DNA of 64,000 nucleotides from Tubulanus polymorphus (taxonomy: Eukaryota; Animalia; Nemertea). Under the pieces are notes generated by a model. The model ran no database searches, was not told where the DNA came from, and was given only the letters and a program-made list of their open reading frames with translations. The position numbers and the translations under genes were made by a program. The DNA lies in NCBI RefSeq assembly GCF_964204645.1, contig NC_134026.1:31115432-31179431 (forward strand), in the 5' to 3' direction. Positions within the stretch are counted from its first letter, which is position 1; every line of letters begins with the position of its first letter. Of this stretch, positions 49,110-61,110 are shown in pieces.

Positions 49110-49620
49110 AGATTCTGCAGCCAATATGGCGTGAGAGGACCCGATCAGTTTTCTACGGAAGCAACTTATTGTCACTGGTTATATCTTTAATTATATATTG
49201 TTCACGATGTAGAAATCATTTCGTCTTAAAAAACAAAACAAATACTGCTACAAAAATCGCGATTTATGTTTCGATATGGCGTTACAGAGCCCAAATGTTC
49301 TGCAGTCAATATGGCGTATCAAGCCCCAAATATTCTGCAGAAGAGCTTCAATTGAAACATGGCGTGAGAGGACCCGATCGGTTTTCCTACAAACAAATGA
49401 ATAATTGTCACTAATTCTCTTAAATGTTCAAAGATTAATCATTCCATATGGTTTGTCAATCATTTAGTCTTAGAAAAGAGCAAATACTGTTACTATAAAC
49501 TCCTAAAATCACGTTGTCTTCTACATGGCGTGTCAGGCCCCAAATGTTCTGCAGTCAATATGGCGTGTCAAGCCCCAAACAGTCTGCCGAATAGCTTCAA
49601 TTGAGACATGATTCAGAGTG
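49110..49620. repeat. Tandem duplication of a ~250-bp unit (each unit contains 'tgttctgcagtcaatatggcgt(a/g)tcaagccccaaa')
   Basis: Visible direct repeats of 'caatatggcgtgagaggacccgatc(a/g)gttttc' and 'ccaaatgttctgcagtcaatatggcgt'. Confidence 0.7.
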
Positions 49621-49639
49621 GTCCTGATACTAAATAGAG

Positions 49640-49830
49640 GATGTACAAGGGTGTCCCGGGTTCGAACCCAGTTATTACTGATACTGATTAAGAGTGGTAT
49701 TGGTGCTGAAAAAGGATGTACAGGGGTGTCCCGGGTTCAAACCCAATAATTACTGAAAGTGGTTCTGGAGTGGTCCTGATGATGAATAGAGGATGAACTG
49801 GGGTGTCCCGGGTTCGAACCGTGTAAATAC
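49640..49830. repeat. ~85-bp tandem repeat (3 units) carrying a tRNA T-arm-like box 'GGGTGTCCCGGGTTCGAACC'
   Basis: Three copies of 'agtggt.ctg..ga.gga tgtaca(a/g)gggtgtcccgggttc(g/a)aacc...tactga'. These are not foldable as complete tRNAs. Confidence 0.6.
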
Positions 49831-49866
49831 TGAATACTGTTCGAACCCATATATATTTTAACCGTC

Positions 49867-49996
49867 AAGTGCTGCCCCTATAAATATCGTTGACGGTGAA
49901 CTAACTCATTACTCGCGCGCCGCAGTAGGAAAATTGAACTATCAGTTAGTTCACAAATTTACCGCTTATGATACACATAGGGGCAGCACCTTACAG
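49867..49996. repeat. Nested palindrome / hairpin element
   Basis: Outer arms 'caagtgctgcccctat' and 'ataggggcagcacctt'. Inner arms 'gtgaactaactcat' and 'atcagttagttcac'. GC core 'cgcgcgccgc'. Confidence 0.7.
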
Positions 49997-50342
49997 TAAA
50001 AAACCGACTGCATGCGCAGAATAAGAATTGAATAGATTCGTAATTAAGAGAGCGATCACAGGGTTCACTCACTCACACTACCGATCACAATTTGGGACTG
50101 CTGTTATTGACGTTTCAAATTATACCCTCTGAAATTACATCCATCATCTGCAACAGTAAGGCCAAAATTGTTTTAAACATGGGTCAGTGGTGCTGTAATC
50201 TTTTTTCCTAAATTCATGATCCATTAAATTATTTCATCTTCAAATCAATATCACCGAGTAGGCCACCCCTCATCACAATCTGAAATGTAAAAAAAAGAAA
50301 AAGAGTTGGGGCAAATTACCAAGTCCCGTGAAATAAAAAAGC

Positions 50343-50426
50343 GAAGTTCGAACCGGCAGGACTCGAAACTGCGGTCTCCGGGTTACCAGGCGGGAATTCT
50401 AACCACTAGACCATAGATCTGTGGTA
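50343..50426 (-). pseudogene. tRNA-Asp-derived Pol III element (degenerate tRNA pseudogene or SINE head) with a T6 terminator
   Basis: The minus strand reads 'GATCTATGGTCTAGTGGTTAGAATTCCCGCCTGGTAACCCGGAGACCGCAGTTTCGAGTCCTGCCGGTTCGAACTTCGCTTTTTT'. A-box 'TGGTCTAGTGG'. B-box 'GTTTCGAGTCC'. It tracks the canonical tRNA-Asp '..GTATCCCCGCCTGTCACGCGGGAGACCGGGGTTCGATTCCCCG' segment by segment. The acceptor and anticodon stems no longer pair, so it is not a functional tRNA. Confidence 0.6.
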
Positions 50427-50689
50427 ATCACTCGGGTGTGTAAGTTTGTCTCGTATGTGATTTCGTATGTGTTCAGTTTGCTTAAAATCGATTTTCAGAA
50501 TGTATCTTAAACAGTTTGTCAAACGGATTAAGTTAAACAGATAACTGGGGTAAACTGAGGACACATCAGTGTGAATATTAATTGAATTTGCGTGGATTTG
50601 AACCAAATGGAATTTTTGTGGCGTTGATCAGGTTCGAATCCCATCAGAAAATTATTTTCTAGACTTGGCGGTAATATTGGTACTTTTCA

Positions 50690-50771
50690 TTGGTCAGGAT
50701 CAGTGACGTCACACTGTCAGTATAAAAACTCAGGTCAGCTGATCCCTCCTTCCAGTTCGGCCATTTTTCAG
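50690..50771 (+). promoter_or_regulatory. Pol II core promoter (palindromic CRE TGACGTCA at 50704-50711; TATAAAA at 50721-50727) plus a short non-coding first exon ending at the donor 'cag|gtaagc' (50771)
   Basis: CRE-to-TATA spacing is ~10 bp. The predicted TSS at ~50750 is followed ~20 nt later by a consensus 5' splice site. The matching acceptor 'ttacattgcag' lies at 51395, immediately before the CAG-rich 5'UTR and the ATG at 51520. Confidence 0.6.
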
Positions 50772-51519
50772 GTAAGCAAACGTCGTCCATTTTATTTAAT
50801 TCTTTCGATAAAATTTATTTATCAATCTTACTTGTAAATTTTATACATATAGACCTTAGGTTTCGCATACGGCTTTATGTAAGACAATTTCAAGAGTTCC
50901 GAAAGTTCGGATTATATCATATAGGTGTTTAATTATGACATTTCCATTTTGACGTTCCTTTTGCTCTAAATTGTCCAAATGGTGTTTTTAACATTTAGAA
51001 GTAAATTTCAACGTTTGATTTGCAATTTCGCTCTCGTAATAATGAAGACGTTATTGTGATTTTATTGAGGAAATTTATTAAACTTATTTATGAAATTTTC
51101 GGAAGCAGTTTTTCTGGTGTTCAAATCTAGCGCTAAAGCGGCTAGTTGACATGCCTAGGTGTAATACACAGACAGCTCAGTCTATTGAACCATGACTCGA
51201 ATCCATAGAAACCTTTCATTCGAAGCGTCGTTCAACTTAATCCTGCTGGCTTCTATATCTATTATTAAGAAAATAATGATAAAATAATTTAATGTTAATT
51301 ATTATTATTACTTAATAGAAACTCGATTTAGCTATTTCTTTGAGTCAATAATTTTCGATTTTCTTGATTTTTATAAGATTGTTTTTACATTGCAGTAGCA
51401 GCAGCAGCATCAACAGCAGCAGTTAAAAAAGCAACAGTTATAAAAGCAACAGCAGCAGTACAACGACAACTACAACAATTACAACTTCAACAATTAAAAC
51501 TTGAACTTCAACTTTGAAT

Positions 51520-54500
51520 ATGTCTACAAAATATGACCTTTTTTCGGGACTGTTGAAGCTGGTTCGCGCCGAGGTGCTGACGCTCGACCCTGAAACCCTC
51601 GGCGCGTTTTTTGATTTGAGTAAGTACAAAGTCTACTTCATCAATCTCAATCTGGGGTATCTCAAATTCTCGATTATTTTTCATGAACATCTCAAATTAT
51701 TTGATTTCCAACATCCGAAATTATTTGATCTCAAATTCACAATCACAATTATTTTATCTCAAATCTCCGCATTATTTGATTTCCTAAATCTCAAATTGTC
51801 TAAATCTCAATTATTTCAAATATCATCAATTAAAAAATCTAATATCATCTAATGTCAATTTCTTTCAATTCTCTTTTTAAGTTTGGAAAACTCTCAAACT
51901 TAATTGAATTTGCTATCGAATCTATGGTGAATTAAGTTTGAATTGAATTGAATTGAATAGTGAGTAGAGGCTCTGGTGGATGAGAATTAACTCGAGGAAG
52001 TAACTTCATTTCCTGGTTTCGGTTCCAAATATTGTCCAAATTGTGAAATATTCATCATGTTATTCATATTCCAGTCAATAGAGATAAGTTACAACATAAA
52101 TAATTTAAACTGTGTAGGCTTCCAGACCAATGCATTTCATAGAAAATCCTGATTTATGTTTAATAAATCAAGTAACTGGACTGCGCGGTTCAGTCCATTT
52201 AGTCAGGAAGCAGACTGCAGTTTAGTCCTTATTTTAATCAGTAACTGGACTGCGGTGTAGTCCATATTTTAGTCAATAACTGTACTACCGTTTAATCCAT
52301 ATTTTAGTCAATAACTGGACTGCGGTGTAGTCCATGTTTTAGTGGACTACCGTTTAATCCATATTATAGTCAATAACTGGACTGCGGTGTAGTCCATGTT
52401 TTAGTGGACTATGGTTTAGTCCATATTTTAGTCAATAACTGGACTGCGGTGTAGTCCATATTTTAGTGTACTATGGTTTAGTCCATATTTTAGTCAATAA
52501 CTGGACTGCGGTTTAGTTGATAGTTTAGTCAGGAACCGCACGGCTGTTTAGTTTATATCCAGATACCCGTCACATTATGGGACCAACTTTTAAGATACCG
52601 CTGAAAAGTAGCACTAGTACTTTACGGTACTTTTGTTTTTCTCTGCGACTCCAGGATCCGAAAACATGTGATTTTCTTTTTTTATTAATCATTCATCAAC
52701 CGTCAGGAAATTCAGGATCACTATTTTTGATTGATTGGTTAAACTTTATTCCTCGTATCTCAAGGTAGTTGCTCAAAACAGTTTGAGATGCGGAGATTAT
52801 GGCAGGAAGGAGGTACATCTCGCCACTGCTATCATGAGCTTATCTGTGAACTAGTCTCAAGCCGCACCCACTCAATGTTTATACTAGATCTAAACTGATG
52901 TTTGATACAAATGTCCTTCACTAACTGGGCTCATAGTCAGAATCTTCATCGTCTAATTGTTGGCGAATCCTAGATATTGTGGCCTTGCGGCAAATACAGT
53001 TTGCACACGATTTATTTTGTAATGGATTCATTATTACGGTCAAAGGTTGGCACCTTGTTAGGTACTGAGTCTTATACAGTGAGTTTACTCAGTATCCGGA
53101 CCACAGTTTACTCAGTATCCGGACCACAGTTTACTCAGTATCCAGACCACAGTTTACTCAGCATCCGGATGACAGTTTACTCAGTATCCGGACCACAGTT
53201 TACTCAGTATCCGGATCACAGTTTACTCAGTATCCGGACCACAGTTTACTCAGTATCCGGACCACAGTTTACTCAGTATCCGGACCACAGTTTACTCAGT
53301 ATCCGGATTACAGTTTAGTCAGTAACGGAACTGTGTGATTCATTTCGTTCTGAGACCAGATTTTATCAAATTTCCTCTAGCTGTTCTTCAGATAATCTTC
53401 ACCCGTCAAGGGATTCGAACCCACTACGCTAAAGCTGTTCGCCGAATCCCTTGACCTCATGAGTCGTTACTAGCTGACCAGAATCCGGTTGTACCAATTA
53501 CAGCGCTTGTTACAAACGATATAAGGCTTCTGTTGGAATTACCGATAAATGGACCAATCAGCGAACAAGAAAGTATTTCGCAAGTCGATATATGACGTCA
53601 TGCGCAACAGCGCCAGTAATGAAATCACGCGTCGTGAAGCCAGGGGGGCTGGTGGAAGCGAGTTTGGGAGTGATACCGGACCCCTGGCAAGCGAGGATGT
53701 CTTCAGATAGGCCTACCCTTTGACTTAATGTTTTATTTTTCAGAATTCTTTTATTTTCTTGAAGCGATAAAAAGTATTTCCTCTACCGTTATCCAGGCCT
53801 GACATTTATCTAGGTCTATCCTGTTTTACACCTTACAAGTTCGACGTGGACATTTCGTATTGTTTTTTCTGTAAACAACTGCAGCTGTATTTATAGTGAA
53901 TTATTCCACTGAATGATTCTATATTTGAAGGGTAAGTAGTGACTTATTTGAAATACTTAATAAATTCATGTGAAATAGGCCTAAATTCTAAATATCGTTT
54001 ATTGTTCGCTGTTTAATGATGTTTGATTTTTATAGATAAAAATCTTATTATAATTTGTAGTGAATGGATTTAATTGTATGAAGTTGCAGCTGTGGACTGT
54101 GTCGTGTGAAATGGTTTTTACACCTGGTGGTTGTTTCTTAAAGTAAAAGTTTTTTGATTGATGATGAAAATACAGAAAATAAAGAAGAAATTTGAATGAA
54201 ATTTTTTGTGTCGTTTTTCTGTTTGTCATGAAATGAAAATGAATAAGACTTACTTAGCAGAATCCATAGGGAAATGTGCAGAACTCGAAGGAAATATCAC
54301 CATTTTGGAACTAAAATTCGAACTAAGGTTCGAATCCATGACGACCTGGTTTCCCAGAATGCTTCCCGTATCCCGTAAATGTTCACTTCATTTCCGTTTA
54401 TTCTCTGCCTGAACCGGTAAACTGTAATGGCTGTTCGCCTATATTATAGAATACATGTATGTACTATCAACCTTCTATCTCTGTTAGCAAAAATACATAA

Positions 54501-57500
54501 AAACATGAGAACATCTTTATTTTTGCTGTTAGTGATTAGGCCTTATGTTCTATTAATGCACACGCATGACTTAAATTGGTCATAATTTCCATTACTCAAA
54601 GAGGACATCACAAGTGAACTGAATCGTAGGAAAATGTTGCGGGATAAAGAAACATGAAATGTCCAGTCTATTGAAGGACTTGTGTCTAGTATATTATCTC
54701 TTTCAGTGCCCATGTGTAATAAGAGAAAAACCCTCAGAGTGCCCATCATTGTTACCTAAAAAGTAGGAAAATCAATAGAAACTTTGGAGCTCCGTAGAGT
54801 GAAAACTGTAAGAGATAAAGCTTTATGGTAATTGAAAAGTTTGTAGGGTATGAATGACCCTTGGATAATTTTGGTGGTAATTTTTCTTACTGAAAGTGAC
54901 GTCCTATGCAAATGAGCTAATTTGCATGAATTATAATCGGTGACCTATTTATTTGATAACCCCCTAAATTTCATGTATCAAAATGAACAAATCTGGTATC
55001 TAGCCTCAGCTAAAAGCTGACAATGGAATATTCTATGTCTACGGTCACAAATATATATTTTATGGGTAATTATAATTAGTAAATGAGCTAATAATTAAAT
55101 CACGTGACCTCCGGATAAGTACCCGCTACTTTCAAACGCAAAAAACTCAAATATTTTGAATAGCAACACCACAAAAACGCAGCATAAAAACTTACTAACA
55201 TTTAATCAAGCCATCTAGCGGCAGGTTTCTCCGCTGAATTCTATGCGACTAAACTGCTATAAGAAATGTCGATGAAAGTCGACAGGGCACTGTACGACCA
55301 GAAATAATCTGTAGACGAAAGTCGACTGGGCACTGAAAAAGTTATAGAAGGAATTTGGGGATTCACTACATGGTCAGATTGTATACAATACAAAGAAATT
55401 GATCATTTTGACCGCTATTAGGCTCAATAAATCTTTTCATCAATTGATTTTTGCAATTCTTAAAAACCGGTAACTGCCTAATTAGGTATGAAAATAAAGG
55501 TGCCAAACTGTAGCGGATTAGGCGGAGTCTACTGCATAATGAATACCACTTTAAAATGGCTGTGCATGGAATTTTGTTGATCTGAATAAATCAATCGTTG
55601 GTGTAAGATGAATTATACATTCTAGGTAAGTTATGCAATGAATATGTGGAGTACCGATAGGCCTATTGCTGACAATGAATATTCTATTGGGAATAATGAA
55701 TTACAGCCATTTGTGTTGATAGCTAAATATTGTTCTTCAAAATGAATGTATTATATTTGTAGTGAGTGTTGTTTCTGAAGGTGCAGTAGTGGGCAGTGTT
55801 GTGTGAAATGGTTTTTACTGGTTTTAGATTCAGCGAAGTGAAATTATTTATGTCGTTTTTCTGTTTTAATTCATGCTGTAAATAGTTTAAACAATAAAAT
55901 ATTAAAAAATCAGTCATAATTTTATCTTCATTTTTGATAAAATATAATATGTTATACACACTTGCCTCATGTTCAGGGGAAATAAAATGCAAATTCTCCC
56001 ACTTATCGTGGATGGAGTGTGGCCCTGTATGCAATCAAAAAGTGTTCTACAAAATGATTGAATAGATTTCTGAAGTGTGGACAAATTTTTCACTCATCCA
56101 ATTGAAAAGTAATTACTGAATAAAAGGGATTATCGATCAATTTTTTGTTTACAGCGCGACATCTGTTTTAAATTAGATCTTTTATCGTTGCAAAGTTTCC
56201 ATTTCAATTGGTTGACAAATGAAAAGTTATCATGCGTGTTATTCCAAAGAGGTTCCCAGATTTTGAAAACAAGGGTCATGGGTAACAATTCCATTGATTA
56301 TTCATTATAATGTATAGTTTTTGTCACCTGGAACCTGGTACGTCATCACCCCCAGACAAAAATCAAGTGTATTTTTGATTCATGATTTGCTACCAAAATT
56401 GATTGTCGGTAATTATAGGATGTAATTTATTACAATCAGTAGTTCCAGTAATGAATTAACAAAAGTGTTAGTCGCCAGCAACTAGCAAAGTACCCGTCCA
56501 CATACAGCGTTGGTTCTGAAACATATAAGTATATAAGACATAAAAATACCATTATTAAAAATTGTATTGAAAGATTCAATTATCAGCCTCACTGATGATA
56601 TACTGTCGACTTATCGTTATTATGTAATGGATGATGCAAATTATGAGAGCGGTAAAAAGTGAAGTTACAACAGCGTTAGTCGTACAACCATATCGTACAA
56701 CCAGTGACATGATCACTTCTCACAAAATAAGCTTACGATTGCTTCCAAACATTCAAATGACCCTTCTTACCCTACTTTGTTCGTTCTTCCATCACGTCAC
56801 ATTCACCTATTGGATAACTGCATCATTTTATAGGTTAATATCTAGAAATACGATAATTATATGCGAGCATGTCATTTATGTGTAATATGCATGATCCTTA
56901 ATGTTTTTTTTTTCATTCCAGATTTAGACATCATAGACTCTATCAACCACGACCAGTCTGAAGCAGCCCGCAGAGCACTTCAAGAATTTAAAGAAATTTA
57001 TACAAGGTGTGTATCTCTCTGCGGGCCTAAGGAACCAACTCCTCCAGAAATCATTCCACCTTTTGAGTTGGTTCCTTTGCAGGAGGTGGACCCTGCTTCT
57101 CCCGTAAATGTGGAGCAGGAGGTCGCCCCTGCAGTGGTGACCCCGACAGAGGCGCCACAGCTTCAGACGCCTTCACTGCGTCGGTCGCCCCGTCGTAATA
57201 CAAAAGAAATAGATTATACAGAAGGTACGGGGCGTCCGAAATCAAAAAAAAAAGGCAAACGTGCAGCTCGTCCTCCCCCACTTCCGCAACCAAATTTTGA
57301 GGAGGAGAGCAGTGATGAGGAGGAATTCGCCACTCCTGGAGCGCCACCACCAGGGCCCGCAACACCACCACCTCGCGATGATATTAGACCACCACGACGA
57401 CCACGACAACCACCTGCAACTACTACTAATTCTACTACTACTACCACTACTACCACTACTAAGAAAAGACGACCACGACCACCTACTTCAACTGCGACTA

Positions 57501-57787
57501 GTACTACTACAACTTCGACAACTAGATCAAATAATACAAGAAATAGAAAAAGAAGACTTGAAGATGAAGAAAGTGATGATGATTACGAAAATAATAATAC
57601 GCCCGCCCAGGCATCGACATCGGGCGCTCCAGCGGGGCCACCACCTTCCCCCGCTGTCGAGCTCATCGCGCGCGGCCCTGGTTGGTCAAGAAACATCGAG
57701 TATAAAGATCCTATTAGAATGCTCCGCGATGTTGAAGGGGCCTTTAAAGGAAAATATCAATTAGTAAAACGTCGGCGAACACAATAG
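51520..57787 (+). CDS. Orphan gene with two coding exons: a conserved-looking N-terminal 33-aa helix-like segment plus a long basic/Pro/Thr/Ser-rich low-complexity C-terminal exon
   Basis: Coding exon 1 at 51520-51619 ('MSTKYDLFSGLLKLVRAEVLTLDPETLGAFFDL', donor 'a|gtaagt'). Acceptor 'tttttttcattccag' at 56921. Coding exon 2 at 56922-57787 keeps the frame ('N-LDIIDSINHDQSEAARRALQEFKEIYTRC..PPPLPQP..TTTTTTTTTKKRRPRPP..KRRLEDEESDDDYENN..GWSRNIEYKDPIRMLRDVEGAFKGKYQLVKRRRTQ*'). The 5.3-kb intron is packed with satellites. The 5'UTR exon begins at 51396 with (CAG/CAA)n. Intermediate small exons cannot be excluded. Confidence 0.5.
52180..52545. repeat. Variable ~60-65-bp tandem repeat ('gtccatattttagtcaataactggactgcggtgtagtccatgttttagtggactatggtttag')
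   Basis: Visual periodicity. Confidence 0.85.
53080..53335. repeat. 23-bp tandem repeat 'ccggaccacagtttactcagtat', ~11 units
   Basis: The ORF 52977..53318 is an artefact of this array. Confidence 0.9.
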
Positions 57788-58229
57788 TATAATATCAGCC
57801 CCTTCACTCGCCATCACCCGGGCAACAACATCAGCCCATGCACGTCTGCAGATCGGCACTTCTTGAAACTCAGTTTTCCCTTCCTCCTTCGTCGATCTGC
57901 AGGTTGCGCAGTGTTAAATATCTGTCAACACTCCTTGAACCAGTGGGCGTGCAGTCCTTCCTTATTTTTATTTGAAAAAAATATGAAAAAATAAAAACCA
58001 GCCTTGTAAATATGGATTTTATGGAGTTTTACGGTTAATCTCCAAAAAAATTTAAAAAGATAAAAATATAAAAAAATTCATAATCATTTCATCAATTTAT
58101 TTATTTTTTGGATGAAAGGAAATTTTTATCCATCATCTCATTCATATACATTTTATATCATTTATTTATTTCTTTTTTTTTTGACTGTACGTCCCACTGT
58201 GTTCCACACCATTTTTGTTCCGACCCATA

Positions 58230-58700
58230 TTCATTAAGATTCATTGTGCTTCTCACAATGCTGAAGCATTTACCATCTTTGCTTCTACTTTGCAGTAGTA
58301 ACCATCCATACCACCTGATTGTGGAAGTAGCCTTCTTAGGAGTCATCTATCCTAATCCTATGGTCAGCCTTTTCAAATGTCTTTCGGGATATAGACCATC
58401 CTTGCTACTACTTCTATTACAATACCTTATTATGAAGGTTCATTTTGCTTCTCATGATGCTGAAGCATTTACCATCTTTGCCACTACTTAGCAGCAGTAA
58501 CCATCCATACCACCTGATTGTGGAAGTAGCCTTCTTAGGAGTCATCAATTTTAATCCTATGGTCAGCCTTTTCAAATGTCTTTCGGGATATAGACCATCC
58601 TTGCTACTACTTCTATTACAATACCTTATTATGAAGGTTCATTTTGCTTCTCATGATGCTGAAGCATTTACCATCCTTGTCACTACTTACTACTATGGTC
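58230..58700. repeat. ~207-bp tandem repeat, ~2.3 units
   Basis: 'gctgaagcatttaccatctttgc.actact..gcag.agtaaccatccataccacctgattgtggaagtagccttcttaggagtcatc' is repeated. The overlapping ORFs 58108..58491 and 58445..58711 are artefacts. Confidence 0.85.
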
Positions 58701-58789
58701 GGCCGTTGTAAATCTCTTTCGAGATATGCAGGGAATCAATTCCTACAATAACTCCTATGGAGTTTGAAAAAAGTGGATTTTTCAAATCA

Positions 58790-58960
58790 AAAGGAACAGC
58801 TATGATTCACATAATGTGATTCTTTATCGAACTTTATCGGAACATGGAGAAGGAATAGCTATGTTTCACACATAATGCGTTTCCTTATGAAGCTGAAAAT
58901 AACGTGGAGAAGGAACAGCTATGTTTCACATAATGCGATTCCTTAGGAAACTACATTGAA
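58790..58960. repeat. ~60-bp tandem repeat, 3 units ('ggaacagctatg(a/t)ttcacataatg(t/c)gattc(t/c)tta')
   Basis: Visual periodicity. Confidence 0.8.
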
Positions 58961-59589
58961 ACAGATTGTTCAATGTTCCATGTTGCCCCCTCCCCCAAAT
59001 ACTATGACGTTTATACGTCAAGTGTAAAACCATTATATCGTTATTAACATATTCGTTTTTCTAATTACAGAATTAAAGATAAATTTAATATGACATGAAA
59101 ACTTGAATGATTGAAATGTTAATATCTAATGCTCAACGACGGAGGGAAATCCTTCACATGTGATCGGAAGGATTTAAAATGTTTACTCATAAGGAAAAGG
59201 AATATATATTTATATACGTGAGATTGCCTGGATTAAAAATTGCACAAGAAAGGAAACCACAGCAAAGACTACGGTAATCAATTTCATTACATTTCTTGTG
59301 TGTGAAACCATCACCATCTGGATCGGTGATCAATGCATGAATTTATGAGTTCATAATTGAACATAGGATAGAATAGGAAAATGCAAAAATCTGCAAAAAT
59401 GCATCGATTAAGAATCTCTGATAAAGAAAGTATAAAATAAAGATCTTGGATTGGAAAATTCGTTGTTATCACATCAGTGATCGGGTTTTACTGATTGATA
59501 TTGATCTCTACTGATTCTAACGATCACCAGGATCAAGGGTTGAGAATTCAAAATTCTTGTTGATGATAAGTCTGCATCTCTTGTTGAGA

Positions 59590-59800
59590 TCAATAAGGCA
59601 TATGAGAGAGGAGGTCTGATATATGAGAGAAGAGGTTCAGGGAGGTATGAGAGAGGAGGTTCAGGGAATAAAGAGTTTATGGAGATATGATAGAGGAGTT
59701 TATGGAGATATGATAGAGGAGTTTATGGAGATATGAGAGAGGAGTTTAGGGAGATATGAGAGAGAGGAGTTTAGAGAGATATGATAGAGGAGATGGTCTA
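59590..59800. repeat. ~27-bp purine-rich tandem repeat ('gagaggag(g)tttatggagatatgata')
   Basis: Visual periodicity. Confidence 0.8.
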
Positions 59801-60699
59801 AAAGGAAAATTGTTAAGTTAATAACAATCGAGCAACTCAGTAATAGACGCCACTCTGACATAAGTAACTCCTGGTCCTCGATTGGGATCTAGATTGCAGG
59901 AATTGCGTTTAGCAATTGAAATATGGTTGATAGAGCGTGGAATTGTTTCCATGTAGGCGAGCAATGCACTAAACACACGTCAGATTAAGGCTGTTGAGAG
60001 TGAATTATCAATAGATGTAAGAAATCTACGATGAAGTTAATTGCAAGAGGTCTATCATTCATATTGCAGTTAATCAGATCAGGTTCTCAGGTGCTTCCTT
60101 GGTCCCCAAAAATGGCATAAGTTGTATTAAAGTATGCGATATATTCTACAAATTTATTACATGAAATGTGGCTACTTGTAGTTTCTCAGCCACTTGGTAA
60201 TTATTGTTGTGAAGAGGTCACGAAATCCAGCATCATCAATAGATTTCTACTCACTGAGATCCAGTCAGACTGCACATGTTGAACAGTTTGTTGTATTTTT
60301 GTGGTACCAGTTATTTCACTTGCCGAGAATGAACAAAATTCCTAAATTTTGAGTCCTTCAGTGCTGAAATTCCAATTTAATACAAATTTTGAGTTCTTGA
60401 TCTTAACTTTCCAAAAATTTGAACTTTTCCTATCCTAATTTGTCCAAAATTTCATACCAGTTCTCAAAATTATTTGCAGTTTTTGAATATCTGCGGAATA
60501 TGATTAATTATTTTCCTGGTTTCGTTTTTACTATTGCCCAAAATCATACCTTATATGAATTATTATCACTTATTTGATTCTTTCACTGATTGATTACAGG
60601 TCTTTTGGGGTTTGGTTCAATATTGTGATTGATCAAGGTGATCCATCTAAAACTATTTCATCGGCATCAATTTTGAAATATTCATATCTGAAAACAATT

Positions 60700-61110
60700 T
60701 CATTGATACTTCTAAACTAGTAATTCTAAAAAAATTCTAAAAACAATTTTACACGTATCTTAAGACCATTCTAGAAACGATTTTAAATTATTTCAATTCT
60801 AATGTAAATATTTTATCTGAATTTTAATCTATTAAAGAAACTATTTTATATCTGAATTTTAAAATACCTATGATATCTAAAAACTATTTTATCTTAATTT
60901 TAATCTATTAAAGTAACTATTTCATATCTGAATTTTGAAATACCTATGATATCTAAAAACTATTTTATCTGAATATTATACTATTTCATTTGTATATATT
61001 TTATCTCAAAGTATCTTTTTAAACTGTTTTATTCGTATATATTTTAAAAAATATTTCATTTGTATATATATTCTTTTAAAACATTGTTTTATTTGTATTT
61101 CAATACTAAC
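60700..61110. repeat. AT-rich ~62-bp tandem repeat ('tctgaattttaatctattaaagaaactattttatatctgaattttaaaatacctatgatatctaaaaactattttatc')
   Basis: Visual periodicity. Confidence 0.75.

Noticed and set aside
49640-49830. Three 'GGGTTCGAACC' T-loop-like boxes suggesting tRNA genes
   Set aside because: No D-arm, anticodon arm or acceptor pairing can be drawn. They are an ~85-bp tandem repeat, likely SINE-derived, rather than tRNAs.
52977-53318. 113-aa ORF over the 23-bp repeat
   Set aside because: Tandem-repeat artefact.
57051-57764. Overlapping ORFs 57051..57371(-), 57214..57456(-) and 57261..57764(+)
   Set aside because: They are alternative-frame or antisense readings of the low-complexity (ACT)n/(CCN)n exon. 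Only the 56922-57787 frame joins the upstream exon in frame and ends in a non-repetitive C-terminus.
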